Shown one piece after another: positions 1 through 10,536 of a stretch of DNA of 64,000 nucleotides. The stretch is from Cenarchaeum sp. (lineage in GTDB: Archaea > Thermoproteota > Nitrososphaeria > Nitrososphaerales > Nitrosopumilaceae): the NCBI GenBank assembly GCA_965206845.1, contig OZ242221.1:64001-128000 (forward strand). The letters are read 5' to 3'. A program made the position numbers and the translations under genes. Below the pieces are notes generated by a model. The model saw nothing but the letters and a program-made list of their open reading frames with translations, was not told where the DNA came from and searched no databases. The stretch's first letter is position 1; every line of letters starts with the position of its first letter.

Positions 1-251
1 TCAAAGGCCATACTGAGGCCGGTCTGGCCCTTCTCCAGCATGAACTTGAAGCGCTCGTTTGTCTGCCGGGCGTCACCAAACCCCGAGTACTGTCTCATTG
101 TCCACAACCTGCTACGGTACATGCCGGGGTGGATTCCGCGGGTAAACGGGTACTTGCCTGGCTCCTCCCTGTCCCTCTCCTTTTGGGTTCTGTGGTACAC
201 CGGCCTTACTGCTATGTTGGAATCGGTAACCGCTGACTTGTCGTCTGCCAT
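1..251 (-). CDS. Methylmalonyl-CoA mutase large (substrate-binding) subunit, N-terminal part; runs off window edge
   Basis: Not in the ORF track. Manual translation from ATG at 251 gives [13 protein letters not shown]...[30 protein letters not shown]...[19 protein letters not shown], the MCM signature. It abuts the meaB stop. Confidence 0.92.
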   Translation of the reverse strand, partial: MADDKSAVTDSNIAVRPVYHRTQKERDREEPGKYPFTRGIHPGMYRSRLWTMRQYSGFGDARQTNERFKFMLEKGQTGLSMAF

Positions 252-1166
252 CTATCTCACCAGGTTCTTTGATATGCGATCCGCCGCCTCGAAGGGATCG
301 ATCTGCCCACCTTGGACCTCCTTGAGGCACTTCTTATAGGTCGCGTCCGTCTCAAGCAATGCGTCGACTCGGGTTTTGATGTTATTTAAAATAATGCTCC
401 GAAGCTCCGCCTCCAGGCGGGCAGCCCCCCGCCCCGGTCCGGCCATCTCCTTCTCGCCTATCATCTCCATGAGCATCCTGACAAACACGGCCATTCCACG
501 CCCGGTCTTGGCTGATGTCTTTAGAACCGCGGGCCCGCCTTCAGCAGAGCCGATATACTCGCACACCGCATCAAACAGTCGGGAGGCGCCGGCAAGATCG
601 CTCTTGTTGACCAGGTATATGTCCCCGATCTCCGTCAGCCCGGCCTTGATGGCCTGGATGCTGTCACCGGTATGGGGGTTAAATACCACCACGACAACGT
701 CCGCAATATTTGAGATCTCGACCTCGGTTTGCCCTGCGCCGACGCTCTCGATTATGACCGGATCAAATCCCGCATACTCTAGCACGCGGATGCTGTTCTG
801 CACCGAGGCCGACACGGCGCCGGTGGCTCCCCTGGACGCAACGCTCCTTATGTACACCCCCGAGTCGGTGGACTCGGTCATCCTCACGCGGTCGCCTAGA
901 ACGGCGCCGCCGCTGAGGTGGCTTGTGGGATCCACTGCCAGAACCGCAGGGTTCTTCCCACGCTCCTTCAGCTCTGCCGCAATCCGGTTGATCAGGGAGC
1001 TCTTGCCGGCGCCGGCCGGCCCCGTAAATCCTATCACGACCGAGTTGCCCGTATCCCGGAATATCTCCTTGACTACCTCCCGTGCGCGGGCGCGATCGTT
1101 CTCCATTATGGAGATCGTCCTTGCTATGGCTCCGCGCCTGCCGCTCTTCAGATCCGATAGATCCAA
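252..1166 (-). CDS. meaB: MeaB/ArgK methylmalonyl-CoA mutase-associated GTPase
   Basis: P-loop GPAGAGKSS, AVDPTS..GGAVLGDRVRM, ESVGAGQ, NKSD; directly upstream of the MCM gene. Confidence 0.93.
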   Translation of the reverse strand: MDLSDLKSGRRGAIARTISIMENDRARAREVVKEIFRDTGNSVVIGFTGPAGAGKSSLINRIAAELKERGKNPAVLAVDPTSHLSGGAVLGDRVRMTESTDSGVYIRSVASRGATGAVSASVQNSIRVLEYAGFDPVIIESVGAGQTEVEISNIADVVVVVFNPHTGDSIQAIKAGLTEIGDIYLVNKSDLAGASRLFDAVCEYIGSAEGGPAVLKTSAKTGRGMAVFVRMLMEMIGEKEMAGPGRGAARLEAELRSIILNNIKTRVDALLETDATYKKCLKEVQGGQIDPFEAADRISKNLVR

Positions 1167-1458
1167 CAGACAGTGCTGGATGGCGCCTACAATAAAACCT
1201 TGCAGTCACCGACCGGTACGGGACTCGCGCAGGACAAGGATTCCTTGTGATGAGTATGCCTGAATATGGCAGGAACCTGTACCGTACCGCGTACCTGCGA
1301 ACCGTGCAGATCCAAAGGGCTCCGAACCCGGCGTATGTACGGGTAGCATCAGTGCGCTGAGAGTTTGTGGCGGTTTCGTACGAGGTATGAAGCCGTGATG
1401 TAGGGCCGTCTGATTCTTGGGGTGTGGCGTGCTTCGGATGCCGTATCGGGAGGGCGGG

Positions 1459-1866
1459 CTATGGCCTGCCTATTATTACGTCTGGGGCGTCCTGATCCGA
1501 TGTGTGGATCTCGGTCTTTAGCATCACCGTGCCGAACTCGGGATGCTCAGCAGATACAGTTACAGGATGGGCTGCCCACCCAAGTCCGGGCGGATCGCCA
1601 AGCTGCACCATCTCGATAAACGAGGGTCCCGCAAACGTCCTATGGTATGACTGCGACAGTCCCAGAATCTCCAGCGTGGTGGCAGTAGTCTTGGCCGTCT
1701 TGTCGGTGAACGTGATGGTAACTGCGCCAAAGCGCCCGTCGTACGTGGCATCAAATAGGAACACATCTGCCAGATCTGTGGTATTCTCTTCCTCGCCGGG
1801 TATTATCCAGAATATCATCAGGGCAAATATCGCAGCGAACATGAACATGCGCATGTAGGATTTCAT
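1459..1866 (-). CDS. Hypothetical membrane-anchored protein
   Basis: N-terminal hydrophobic segment (MFMFAAIFALMIFWII); 6 nt downstream of the aminopeptidase on the same strand. Confidence 0.65.
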   Translation of the reverse strand: MKSYMRMFMFAAIFALMIFWIIPGEEENTTDLADVFLFDATYDGRFGAVTITFTDKTAKTTATTLEILGLSQSYHRTFAGPSFIEMVQLGDPPGLGWAAHPVTVSAEHPEFGTVMLKTEIHTSDQDAPDVIIGRP

Positions 1867-1872
1867 AGTATC

Positions 1873-4515
1873 TCATCTGCCTCCTTGGTCTCTTCTTGCA
1901 TCATTCCCTTTGATCACCCTTTGTAGAATATCTACCTTCTCCTCAACTATATCTGAGCCAAGCAGTGCATCTGCCACCATCTCCCGCAGCTGCCTCAGGC
2001 GCTGTTCCATTGCCTCCCCGGATGCGCCGGGGGACGGCCCGCCTGCTTTTTGCACACTAACCAAGAGGCCGTGGTTTATCCTGGCCCGCTCTAGGGCCTG
2101 CTCTAGTGCCTTCTCTGTTCCCGGAGCGGGGTTCGCTGTGAAGAATCGTCGGATCTCGTCCTCCATGGAGGGGGCTGCGGCAGTCGACACGCACGAGACA
2201 ATCCTGGCAAGCAGTGGATTCCCGCGGCCTACTTTTTCTACCACATCGGACCATCTGGATACAAGCCAGGGCCAGAAGACGTCGCGCGAGTGTGGGTTGG
2301 CAGCAACAGCCACTATGAGCATGTGGGTGTCCTGGGAGCGAACCTCGTCGGTTAGGGCAAAGTCAAGATTTCCGGCCAGTATCCTGGCGTCCTCAAAGTA
2401 GCCTAGCGCCCTCAGAACCCTGTGCTTCTCCTCTTGGCTCCCGGCGCCGCGGTACAGGCGGCGCAGAGTCTCACTCGTGTCCCCGTTGCCGCCCCCGGCA
2501 ACCACGGAGTAGATGGACTCTTGTAGGTCTGCGGGCAGGGGCTTTTGCTCCGCGACAGAGTGCCGAAACCGTTTGGCGGCGTCAAGGAATACCGCCGGAT
2601 CGCCCATCACGCCCAGTGCCGTTATGACAAGGCTGCGCAGCAGCGTGTCGGTGTGCCTCTCTCCGGACTCTGGCTCCCAACCCAGCCGGCCGTGCACATG
2701 CGCCAGAAACGTCCTGATGCGATCACGCAGGCGGTGCGCGCCCTCCTCAAGGCAAATTATGAGGTATATGGAAAAGAGGTTGCGCACCACGTCTGTCAGG
2801 GCAGGATACCCGTCGTCGGCGTACGCGGCTGTGAAGTCAAGGTACACCTCCACGCTTGTCTTGCCTGCCAGGCACATGGCAAACAGGTCGTTCTGGAGAC
2901 CCCACCTGTCCGTACCGGAGAACTTGTGATCTGTGATCATCTCCCTGCACCTAAGCACATCCTCTGGCGGGTACGCCACCCGGTAGAACCCGCCCCTTCC
3001 GGGGTTTATCAGGGCAAAGCCGTCTACGCCCATCTCCATCGAGTCCGTGGCGCCGGTCATCATCTTCTTTGATGTGCGGCCCCCGGCACTGGCAGACACC
3101 GGAATGTGCCATGTGGCGTCACCGGCATCCCGGCCTGCCTCGTACTGGAACCTGCCCTGTCTCAGATTTATCTGCGTGCCGTCCCTGCCTGCCTCCAGGA
3201 CAGGAAAGCCTGATCTGTGAATCCACGTGTGCATCATGGGCTTTACCGGAAGGCCCGAGGCGTCGCCGATGGCATCCCAGAGGTCGTCCCCGCGGGCATT
3301 GCCGTACCTGTGCAGATCGAGGTATCTCTTCAGGCCGTCCCTGAACGCCGCCTCCCCTACATACCTCTCCAGCATCAGCAGGATGCTGGCTCCCTTGTCA
3401 TAGGATATGGCGTCAAATATCTCCTGTATCTGCGCCGGCGAGTCTACCCGGACATCGATGGGGTGCGTCGACCTCAGGCCGTCCATCCTCATTGCCGTCC
3501 CCACGACATCCTCGCTGAACTGGTTCCACATGTCAAACTCCGGATACAGCTGGTCAACGAACTTTGTCGCCATGAGCGTGGCAAAGCTCTCGTTTAGCCA
3601 GAGATCGTTCCACCACTTCATGGTGACCAGGTTTCCAAACCACTGGTGCGCTATCTCGTGGGATATCACCTCGGTGACCAGCTGCCTCGTGCGGGCAGAG
3701 GATCTCTCGGGGTCATACAGCAGCAGGGCCTCCCGGAACGTGATGGCACCCCAGTTCTCCATGGCCCCTGCGGCAAAGTCTGGTACCGCGATGAGATCCA
3801 GCTTGGGGAGCGGGTACGCTATCCCAAAGTACTCTTCGTATGCCGCCAGCAGCCGGCAGGCCGCATCCAGCGCGTACGCCCCGCGGGAGGCACTCCCCCT
3901 GACTGCAATTACCCTGATCTGCGTGTCCCCTGACATTCCCTGGATGTGCTCAAAATCGCCGGCGCCCACGTACACCAGGTACGTGGACATGACAGGTGTC
4001 TTTGCGAACCGGTGAACCGCTTTCTGCCCCGCTGCCTTGCAGGATATCTCGGGCATGTTTGATATGGCCACAAGTCCGGCATCGCATGTTATGGAGATCT
4101 CAAAGGTGGCCTTTGCGTCCGGCCTGTCCCAGCACGGAAACGCGCGCCTGGCATCTGCTGCCTCAAACTGCGTGGTTGCAAGGTATCTTGCATCCCCGTA
4201 CCGGCTGCGATAAAGCCCCAGCAACCGATCGTTTAGGCACCCGGTGAACTCAACGTGGATCACGCACCTCCCCGTGATCTTCCTGGGCACTCGTATGGAC
4301 ATCTCCTCGCTCTTTTCGTCGAGTTCCGTGGTGGCATCCAGGTAGTCAGGGTCCACGTGGACTCTGCACCTGTGAATAACAATCTCTGACGCGTTAAGCG
4401 TGATTGTGTCCGTAGGCTCTGGACAGTCCACCGTGATCCACTCCCTGCCCTTGAAGGTAAAGTCCTCAAAAGCCGGCTCAAACTCCAGCCTGTAGTTGAC
4501 AGGAACGGCACTCAT
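1873..4515 (-). CDS. M1 family zinc aminopeptidase (PepN/tricorn-interacting factor type)
   Basis: AGAMENWG and HEIAHQW...WLNE motifs, YDKG; probable start ATG at 4515. Confidence 0.95.
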   Translation of the reverse strand: MSAVPVNYRLEFEPAFEDFTFKGREWITVDCPEPTDTITLNASEIVIHRCRVHVDPDYLDATTELDEKSEEMSIRVPRKITGRCVIHVEFTGCLNDRLLGLYRSRYGDARYLATTQFEAADARRAFPCWDRPDAKATFEISITCDAGLVAISNMPEISCKAAGQKAVHRFAKTPVMSTYLVYVGAGDFEHIQGMSGDTQIRVIAVRGSASRGAYALDAACRLLAAYEEYFGIAYPLPKLDLIAVPDFAAGAMENWGAITFREALLLYDPERSSARTRQLVTEVISHEIAHQWFGNLVTMKWWNDLWLNESFATLMATKFVDQLYPEFDMWNQFSEDVVGTAMRMDGLRSTHPIDVRVDSPAQIQEIFDAISYDKGASILLMLERYVGEAAFRDGLKRYLDLHRYGNARGDDLWDAIGDASGLPVKPMMHTWIHRSGFPVLEAGRDGTQINLRQGRFQYEAGRDAGDATWHIPVSASAGGRTSKKMMTGATDSMEMGVDGFALINPGRGGFYRVAYPPEDVLRCREMITDHKFSGTDRWGLQNDLFAMCLAGKTSVEVYLDFTAAYADDGYPALTDVVRNLFSIYLIICLEEGAHRLRDRIRTFLAHVHGRLGWEPESGERHTDTLLRSLVITALGVMGDPAVFLDAAKRFRHSVAEQKPLPADLQESIYSVVAGGGNGDTSETLRRLYRGAGSQEEKHRVLRALGYFEDARILAGNLDFALTDEVRSQDTHMLIVAVAANPHSRDVFWPWLVSRWSDVVEKVGRGNPLLARIVSCVSTAAAPSMEDEIRRFFTANPAPGTEKALEQALERARINHGLLVSVQKAGGPSPGASGEAMEQRLRQLREMVADALLGSDIVEEKVDILQRVIKGNDARRDQGGR

Positions 4516-4699
4516 GCGCGTACTCGGACAGACCGGGCTTAAGTGTATTTTCAATGTGCCGGTGCAGGGTTACCCGCGCGCCGAGCTGGGCTCAAACAAC
4601 CCATCCGGGTGCGCAAATCCGTGCCTGAATGAAGGTAGGGGCGGTGCCGTGCCTCCGGGGATCAAAAAGGCTTAAAATAAAACACTGTCGCGGTAACAT

Positions 4700-5119
4700 G
4701 TGCAGAAGATGGAGCCGCGCAGGATAAAGATACTTGTAGCCAAGCTGGGGCTTGACGGCCACGACAGGGGGGCGCTGGTTTTGTGCCGGGCGTTCCGGGA
4801 CGCCGGAATGGAGGTCATATACTCGGGGCTGTTTGCAACCCCGGACAGGGTGGCGCAGATAGCAGAGGACGAGGACGTGGACGCTGTAGCCCTGAGTCTG
4901 CTCAACGGAGCCCACAACGTCCTGTTTCCCAGGGTGGTGGACACGCTGCGCAAGAAGGGAATAAACGATGTCTTGGTTGTTGGCGGCGGGGTGATCCCCG
5001 AGAGCGACAGGGGCGACCTTGAGAAGGCCGGCGTCAGCGGTGTGTTCGGCCCTGGCACGCAGCTCTCCACAATCATAGATCACATTGCCCGGGGCGTCAG
5101 GGATCTGCGCGGGGTCTAG
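4700..5119 (+). CDS. Methylmalonyl-CoA mutase small, cobalamin-binding subunit
   Basis: KLGLDGHDRG B12-binding motif, SL, GGG. Confidence 0.93.
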   Translation: MQKMEPRRIKILVAKLGLDGHDRGALVLCRAFRDAGMEVIYSGLFATPDRVAQIAEDEDVDAVALSLLNGAHNVLFPRVVDTLRKKGINDVLVVGGGVIPESDRGDLEKAGVSGVFGPGTQLSTIIDHIARGVRDLRGV

Positions 5120-5152
5120 CTCCCGACAGGCTTGAGAAAAAAATAGAGTTGG

Positions 5153-6151
5153 TTACTCCTTGGAGTCAGGCCACACCATCTTGCGCATTCGCCTTCCGAC
5201 CTGCTCTATCTGGTGCGCGTCGATCTCCCTCATGTATCGGTCAAAGGAGTCCTTGCCGTTCTTCTGGTACTGGCTTATCCATTCCTCGTTGAAGGTTCCG
5301 TCCTGTATCTCATCTAGGACTCTTCTCATGCGGGCCTTGGCATCACTGTTGATGACCACCGGGCCGCGGGTGAGTCCGCCGTACCTTGCAGTCTCACTTA
5401 CGCGCCTCCACATTCCGTTGATTCCATACCGCTGGATCATGTCCACGATGAGCTTGAGCTCGTGCAGAACCTCAAAGTACGCAATCTCGGGCTGGTATCC
5501 TGCCTCAACCAGCGTCTCAAAGGACGACTGAACCATCGAGGCGCATCCGCCACACAGGTCGGCCTGCTCCCCGAACCAGTCCGTCTCGACCTCCTCCTTG
5601 AAGGTTGTCTGGATCAGGCCTGCCCTTGCGCTTCCAATCGCCTTTGCAATTCCCAGCGTTCTGTCCCAGGCGCCACCGGTATGATCCTGATGGACTGCCA
5701 CGATCGACGGCGTGCCAAAGTTCTGCAGGTAGGTCTCCCTGACCTTGGAGCCGGGTCCCTTGGGGGCTACCATGATCACGTCCACGTCACCGGGGACGTC
5801 AATCCACTTCCAGTGCACTGCTGCCGCATGCGAGAAGGAGAGTGCCTTTCCTGCCGTGAGGCTGGGCGCTATCTCGTCCCGGTATACCCGGGCCTGCACC
5901 ATGTCGGGTATCAGAATGTGGACGATGTCTGCCCTCTTGGTTGCTTCTGCGACCGGTAGAACCGTGTGGCCGTCGGCTTGCGCCTTCTCCCAGCTGCTGC
6001 CGCCTTCCCTGAGCCCTACGACCACGTTGAGGCCGGAGTCCTTCATGTTGTTTGCCTGGGCATCGCCTTGGATGCCGTATCCTATTACGGCAACGGTCTG
6101 ATCCCTTATCGCGTCCAGGCTGATGTCATTATCCTTCCATGTCTTTGCCAT
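5153..6151 (-). CDS. ilvC: Ketol-acid reductoisomerase
   Basis: GYGIQG, MVAPKGPG, EEVETDWFGEQ..LCGG, AYFEVLHE, SETARYG. Confidence 0.97.
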   Translation of the reverse strand: MAKTWKDNDISLDAIRDQTVAVIGYGIQGDAQANNMKDSGLNVVVGLREGGSSWEKAQADGHTVLPVAEATKRADIVHILIPDMVQARVYRDEIAPSLTAGKALSFSHAAAVHWKWIDVPGDVDVIMVAPKGPGSKVRETYLQNFGTPSIVAVHQDHTGGAWDRTLGIAKAIGSARAGLIQTTFKEEVETDWFGEQADLCGGCASMVQSSFETLVEAGYQPEIAYFEVLHELKLIVDMIQRYGINGMWRRVSETARYGGLTRGPVVINSDAKARMRRVLDEIQDGTFNEEWISQYQKNGKDSFDRYMREIDAHQIEQVGRRMRKMVWPDSKE

Positions 6152-6305
6152 GCAAGCGCCGAGGACTGTTGCAAATATTAATTGTTGTGGAGACGTGCCA
6201 TGCGGAACTGCTTTTCATCCCCGTCTGCGCGGGGGGGGGGGCAGGCGCCCAGAAGGGTTCCCATGCCCAGCTCTGGGCGGCGGCAAGATCCGTGCGGCGT
6301 GTCAC

Positions 6306-6428
6306 CTATATCTCAATTATTCTGTCGCAAGAGAGGCACCTCACCCTTACGGTGCCGTCCACGGCGAGGCGTTCAAACTTCTTTGAGTTGCACCTTGGGC
6401 ACACGGGACAGGCTCGCACTCTTTTCAT
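6306..6428 (-). CDS. Small zinc-ribbon protein (40 aa)
   Basis: ATG 1 nt after the nadM stop; CPRC...CLSC pair. Confidence 0.6.
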   Translation of the reverse strand: MKRVRACPVCPRCNSKKFERLAVDGTVRVRCLSCDRIIEI

Positions 6429-6429
6429 C

Positions 6430-6960
6430 TCAGTGCCCGGTGGGATCCGTATCTGTTCTGCCCAGAACCTTGATGCGCTGGACGCCATTGACGTTGTGGA
6501 TCACCCTTGCGGCAGCAGACGGAACAAGCTCCTCCCACCTGCCGTCACCGGCGATCAGGCTACGGATATGCGTGGAGCGGTACACCTTTCTGTCAAGAAA
6601 TTTGGGCCGTACCACCTGGTGGCCAGAGTCTGCCAGCAGCATTGCAACGTAGTCATTTCCGCTGTACACCCTCCCAAACTCTGGCAGCGACGCCTTCAGG
6701 TACGAGTACCATGTGGCCACATTGAACTGGTTCTCAATGGCAGTGACGATACACCGCGACACGTCGATGCCCGAGTCCGACAGGGAGCCGTGGATCATCT
6801 CGATCCTCTCCCCTGCAGTAAAGGGATCCTTTGGAAGGTAGTTGAACTGCGAGCTGGTGACGGCGATTATGGCCCCCTCGCACTCGGCGAGGATCTGCCT
6901 TGCCAGATCAAGATGTCCCAGATGAAACGGCTGAAAGCGGCCCATCATCAACCCGCGCAT
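6430..6960 (-). CDS. nadM: Nicotinamide-nucleotide adenylyltransferase
   Basis: GRFQPFHLGH, DPFTAGERIEMI, STHIR. Confidence 0.93.
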   Translation of the reverse strand: MRGLMMGRFQPFHLGHLDLARQILAECEGAIIAVTSSQFNYLPKDPFTAGERIEMIHGSLSDSGIDVSRCIVTAIENQFNVATWYSYLKASLPEFGRVYSGNDYVAMLLADSGHQVVRPKFLDRKVYRSTHIRSLIAGDGRWEELVPSAAARVIHNVNGVQRIKVLGRTDTDPTGH

Positions 6961-7035
6961 ACCGGGATCCGGAGCCGGAATCTATTAAACTAATAGTAGG
7001 CGCGGTCCTGGTGCTGAATACGAATAGTTCCCCGC

Positions 7036-7950
7036 TCACCCTACCAAGCCGTGGCCCATTATGCGGGTTCCGGGCGACTCGGGCCTGAGAACCACGCATG
7101 TCTCTTCGGGGTTGCATACCGCGGGCTTCTCCAAAGCAAGCCTGACCGGATACGTCGACAGGAACCGGGCGGGCTTTATCTGCAGGCCGATGCTCAGAAG
7201 ACATCCCTGATTCTTCACTACGTCGCCCCGGTAGAATGGGCTCTTTTGAAAGTCGAGTTCGAGCTCGGTTCGTACCGGGATGTCGCCCTCGCAGAGGACG
7301 TCGCCCCGGCCAACCTCGTCGGGCCGGACGTTCTTCAGCAAGAGCCCCACCCTGGCAGGAGAGCGCGCCTCCACGACGTCGTCGTCGTGCATCTGGATCG
7401 ACTTTATCATGACCTCCCTGCCCGACGGGAGCAGCCGAAGGTTGTCGTACCGCTTTATGCTGCCTGCAAACACCTTTGCCAGCACAACGGTGCCGACCCC
7501 GCCCACGTTAAAACTGTGGTCCACCACCACCCGGGTGCCACCGCTTCCCGGCACGGGTGCAAACTCTGCCATGGCCTCTCTCATCTTCTCAGGCTCTGTC
7601 CGCTTGTATCGCTCCAGCACCGTGCCCCTGATCATCGCATCCAGCCTCGACTCGTCGATCTCGTAGGTATGGCTGAGAACCCCGCCCTCCACGCCAAGCG
7701 TGTCCAGTGCGATCACCTGCTCGCCGGCAAACCTGTCCAGGCTTCCGATGTGAAACACGGCATACTCTGCCAGGTTCACCGCCTGCAGGAGTGGCTGTAT
7801 CTTCTCCGGAAAGCCCGTCGGCGCAACCCAGGTCCGGATTATGCCTGATTCCTTCTTGTCATATAACGTGAGGTCGGTGCTGGTTCCCTTCTTTCCAAAT
7901 TTTGACGCGGCAGACTGCTCTCCAAGCATGACAAAGTTGACCGACTCCAC
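7036..7950 (-). CDS. Archaeal EF-Tu domain-2 / SelB-like protein with degenerate G domain
   Basis: GKKGTSTD, VDHSFNVGGVGTVVL, IKSIQMHD, GRGDVL. Confidence 0.8.
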   Translation of the reverse strand: MESVNFVMLGEQSAASKFGKKGTSTDLTLYDKKESGIIRTWVAPTGFPEKIQPLLQAVNLAEYAVFHIGSLDRFAGEQVIALDTLGVEGGVLSHTYEIDESRLDAMIRGTVLERYKRTEPEKMREAMAEFAPVPGSGGTRVVVDHSFNVGGVGTVVLAKVFAGSIKRYDNLRLLPSGREVMIKSIQMHDDDVVEARSPARVGLLLKNVRPDEVGRGDVLCEGDIPVRTELELDFQKSPFYRGDVVKNQGCLLSIGLQIKPARFLSTYPVRLALEKPAVCNPEETCVVLRPESPGTRIMGHGLVG

Positions 7951-7986
7951 GCGCTGCAGTCGACGGCATCATAATTTTAGCATATC

Positions 7987-8733
7987 TCACGGGAACGAGT
8001 CCAGCACCTGCAGGTAGCTGGCAAACCGGTGGTTCTCTGGCGCCACCCGCACCTGCCGAAACTTTGGGTGTGCCGCACGGTCCAGACCGTGCAGTCCCAG
8101 CGGCCGCTTCAGGAGGCCCCGCTTGTGCGCATCATCCAGCACGGCATCCTGCGGGCTGTGGTAGTTTGCCACGTATGTCCTGACCGCCTCCCCGATGACC
8201 CTCCAGCCGTCCTCAAGCGCGGCAGCAGATAGCGAGGCGCCAAAGAGATGAACGCTCTCAACGGGAGGCGCGCCGCGTCGGTCCAGATGCCGCAACGTAC
8301 TCATTATCACCTGGGAGCCCAGGGAGTGCCCCATCAGCCGCACCGCAGTGCCCGGACTGCGGCGCCCAAAGTCGGTAACGAACTCTGCCAGGTTCCTGCC
8401 GTTCTTCTGCGCGATCCTTTCCCCGGCTCGCAGGGCCTGCCGCTCGCACCGCCGAAGGTGGGCACCCCTCGTATTTGAATCGTAGCTGAACCCCACCACC
8501 TGATGCTTGTATCCAAGCAGGCAGAGCCGTTCCTTGCACAGCCGGAACTTCTCTACCGCCGCTGCCCTGTTGTTGCGGAGGCCGTGAACCACAACTGCAA
8601 TCTCTTCTGAGCCTGCAATTCCCTCAAAGGCTGCCGCGGGATACAGGTAATACGCCTGCCTCTTCAGGGTCTTGCCGGTCACAAGGTCATAGTAGCCGCG
8701 GGTGGTAACGCGCGGAAATGCATGCGCGCTCAA
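7987..8733 (-). CDS. Alpha/beta hydrolase-fold protein (DUF726/DUF900-like)
   Basis: VHGL, GHSLG nucleophile elbow, D-x-VL, C-terminal His; likely TTG start overlapping the metG stop. Confidence 0.8.
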   Translation of the reverse strand: MSAHAFPRVTTRGYYDLVTGKTLKRQAYYLYPAAAFEGIAGSEEIAVVVHGLRNNRAAAVEKFRLCKERLCLLGYKHQVVGFSYDSNTRGAHLRRCERQALRAGERIAQKNGRNLAEFVTDFGRRSPGTAVRLMGHSLGSQVIMSTLRHLDRRGAPPVESVHLFGASLSAAALEDGWRVIGEAVRTYVANYHSPQDAVLDDAHKRGLLKRPLGLHGLDRAAHPKFRQVRVAPENHRFASYLQVLDSFP

Positions 8734-10397
8734 CTCTGGGCCCTGAGTCCGTCCTTGCGCGCCTTTATGCCTGCATCGTCCACCTTTGCAAAGAGCGGGG
8801 AGTGCGCGCCCAGTCGGTGTCCAGCGGGAACCAGCATGCGGGACATGTCGGCCCACCTCATCCCAGAGACGTCACCCTGCATTCCAAGCTGCCGCCAGAT
8901 GTCTCCTGCGGATCCGGGCAGAAACGGGTACAGCGCCACTGCCATGCTTGCCACGGCGTTGACTGACACATGCGCGCAGGTGCCGGCGCCGGGACCCATC
9001 TTCCAGGGCGCGCTGTGCTGGAAGTACTGGTTAAAGTGCGCAGAGAACTCCAGTATGCTTTTGAGCGCGCGGTCAAGATGGCCCTGCTCCATGAGCCCGC
9101 CGGTACGGGCCGCCAGTGCCTGGATCTGTGACACGGCGTAGTCGTCTGTCTTTTGAAGCGGTCCCCGCTCCGGTACCACGCCGCCGAAGCTTTTGGACGT
9201 AAACCCCAGTGCCCGGTTTACAAAGTTTCCAGCATTGCCGATGAGCTCGGTGTTTATCCTGCCTGCAAACTCGTCCCAGCTGAAGTTGAGATCGTCCTGT
9301 GAGTAGGGGTTTATTATAGTCAGGTAGAACCGGAGATAGTCGGCCGGATAGTACTTGAGGAACTCCCGCAGGCCAATGTACCACCCGCGGCTCTTTGAGA
9401 TCTTCCTTGATTCTAGGGTAAGGTGGCCTCTGGTCGGAATATAGTCCGGAAGCTTGTACTCCTCTCCTATTCCAAGGCGCATGGCGGGCAGAAACAGGTA
9501 GTGGTGATACACAATGTCCTTTCCGATGAAGTGGTAGATGTCTGCCGAGTTCCAGAACTCCTTTCCGTCCAGGCCCATCTCGTCAAGAAACTTGACGGCA
9601 GTGGAGATGTACGCCAGATGGTTGTCAAACCAGCCGTAGAGCACCTTGCCCCTAGCCTCGTCCAGCGGTATGTCTACCCCCCAGGTTATGTCCCGGGTGA
9701 TGTCCCAGTCAGTCAGGCCGTCCTTTATCCAGTTCTGAACGTACCTCTTTGCGTCCTTCTGGAGGTCGGTGTTTGCATCAAGCCACTTCCGCAGGGGCTC
9801 GGCGAAGTTCTTCAGCCGGAAGAAGTAGTGGGCCGTCCCCTTCTTTACCGGCGTCTGCCCGCATATGGAGCACCGGGGATCCACAACCCCCTCAAGCACC
9901 CTGCCACACTTCTCGCACTGATCCGAGTACTGATCCTCTGTCCCACAGTGGGGACATCTGCCCTTTACGTACCTGTCCGGCAGAAACTTGCCATCATTCT
10001 CGCAGTAGAACTGAATTATGTCGGACCGGTATATGTGCCCCGCTGCGTACAGCTTCCGAAACACATCCTGCACAAACGCCACATTCTCTGCTGAGCTGGT
10101 GCGGTAGAACATGTCAAAGTCTATGTTCAGCGCGGCAAAGTCCTCGCAGTCGCGCCGGTTCCAATACCCTGCGTACTCTTGCGGCGTCTTGTTCTCCTTC
10201 TCGGACTGGATCAGGATGGGCGTTCCAAAGTCGTCAGATGCGCAGATGTAGTAGGCCTGAACGCCCCTCTGTTTGAGGAATCTGGTGGTCACGTCTGCTG
10301 GCAGATAGGTGGATGCCACATGCCCCAGATGAATCTCGCCGTTGGCATACGGCAGGGCGCTGGTGATTACCGCTTTGTCTCGCACAAAACGAGTCAA
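8730..10397 (-). CDS. metG: Methionyl-tRNA synthetase
   Basis: ALPYANGEIHLGH, Zn knuckles, IGKDI, KISKS. Confidence 0.98.
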   Translation of the reverse strand: MTRFVRDKAVITSALPYANGEIHLGHVASTYLPADVTTRFLKQRGVQAYYICASDDFGTPILIQSEKENKTPQEYAGYWNRRDCEDFAALNIDFDMFYRTSSAENVAFVQDVFRKLYAAGHIYRSDIIQFYCENDGKFLPDRYVKGRCPHCGTEDQYSDQCEKCGRVLEGVVDPRCSICGQTPVKKGTAHYFFRLKNFAEPLRKWLDANTDLQKDAKRYVQNWIKDGLTDWDITRDITWGVDIPLDEARGKVLYGWFDNHLAYISTAVKFLDEMGLDGKEFWNSADIYHFIGKDIVYHHYLFLPAMRLGIGEEYKLPDYIPTRGHLTLESRKISKSRGWYIGLREFLKYYPADYLRFYLTIINPYSQDDLNFSWDEFAGRINTELIGNAGNFVNRALGFTSKSFGGVVPERGPLQKTDDYAVSQIQALAARTGGLMEQGHLDRALKSILEFSAHFNQYFQHSAPWKMGPGAGTCAHVSVNAVASMAVALYPFLPGSAGDIWRQLGMQGDVSGMRWADMSRMLVPAGHRLGAHSPLFAKVDDAGIKARKDGLRAQS

Positions 10398-10536
10398 GCA
10401 AGCGGAGTTAAGTAGTTTTTTTCAGGCGTGCCCCTCGCGGCATCAGGGTCATTTTGCGGTGCAATCCTAAGGCCATGCCGGGCCCGCAGGCGCGTTAAAA
10501 TTTGCGGCATGGCATTTCGGTGCCCCGCGGCGGCAT

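Noticed and set aside
6231-6241. G11 homopolymer as a phase-variation switch
   Set aside because: Intergenic and not within the ilvC core promoter spacing; no supporting evidence
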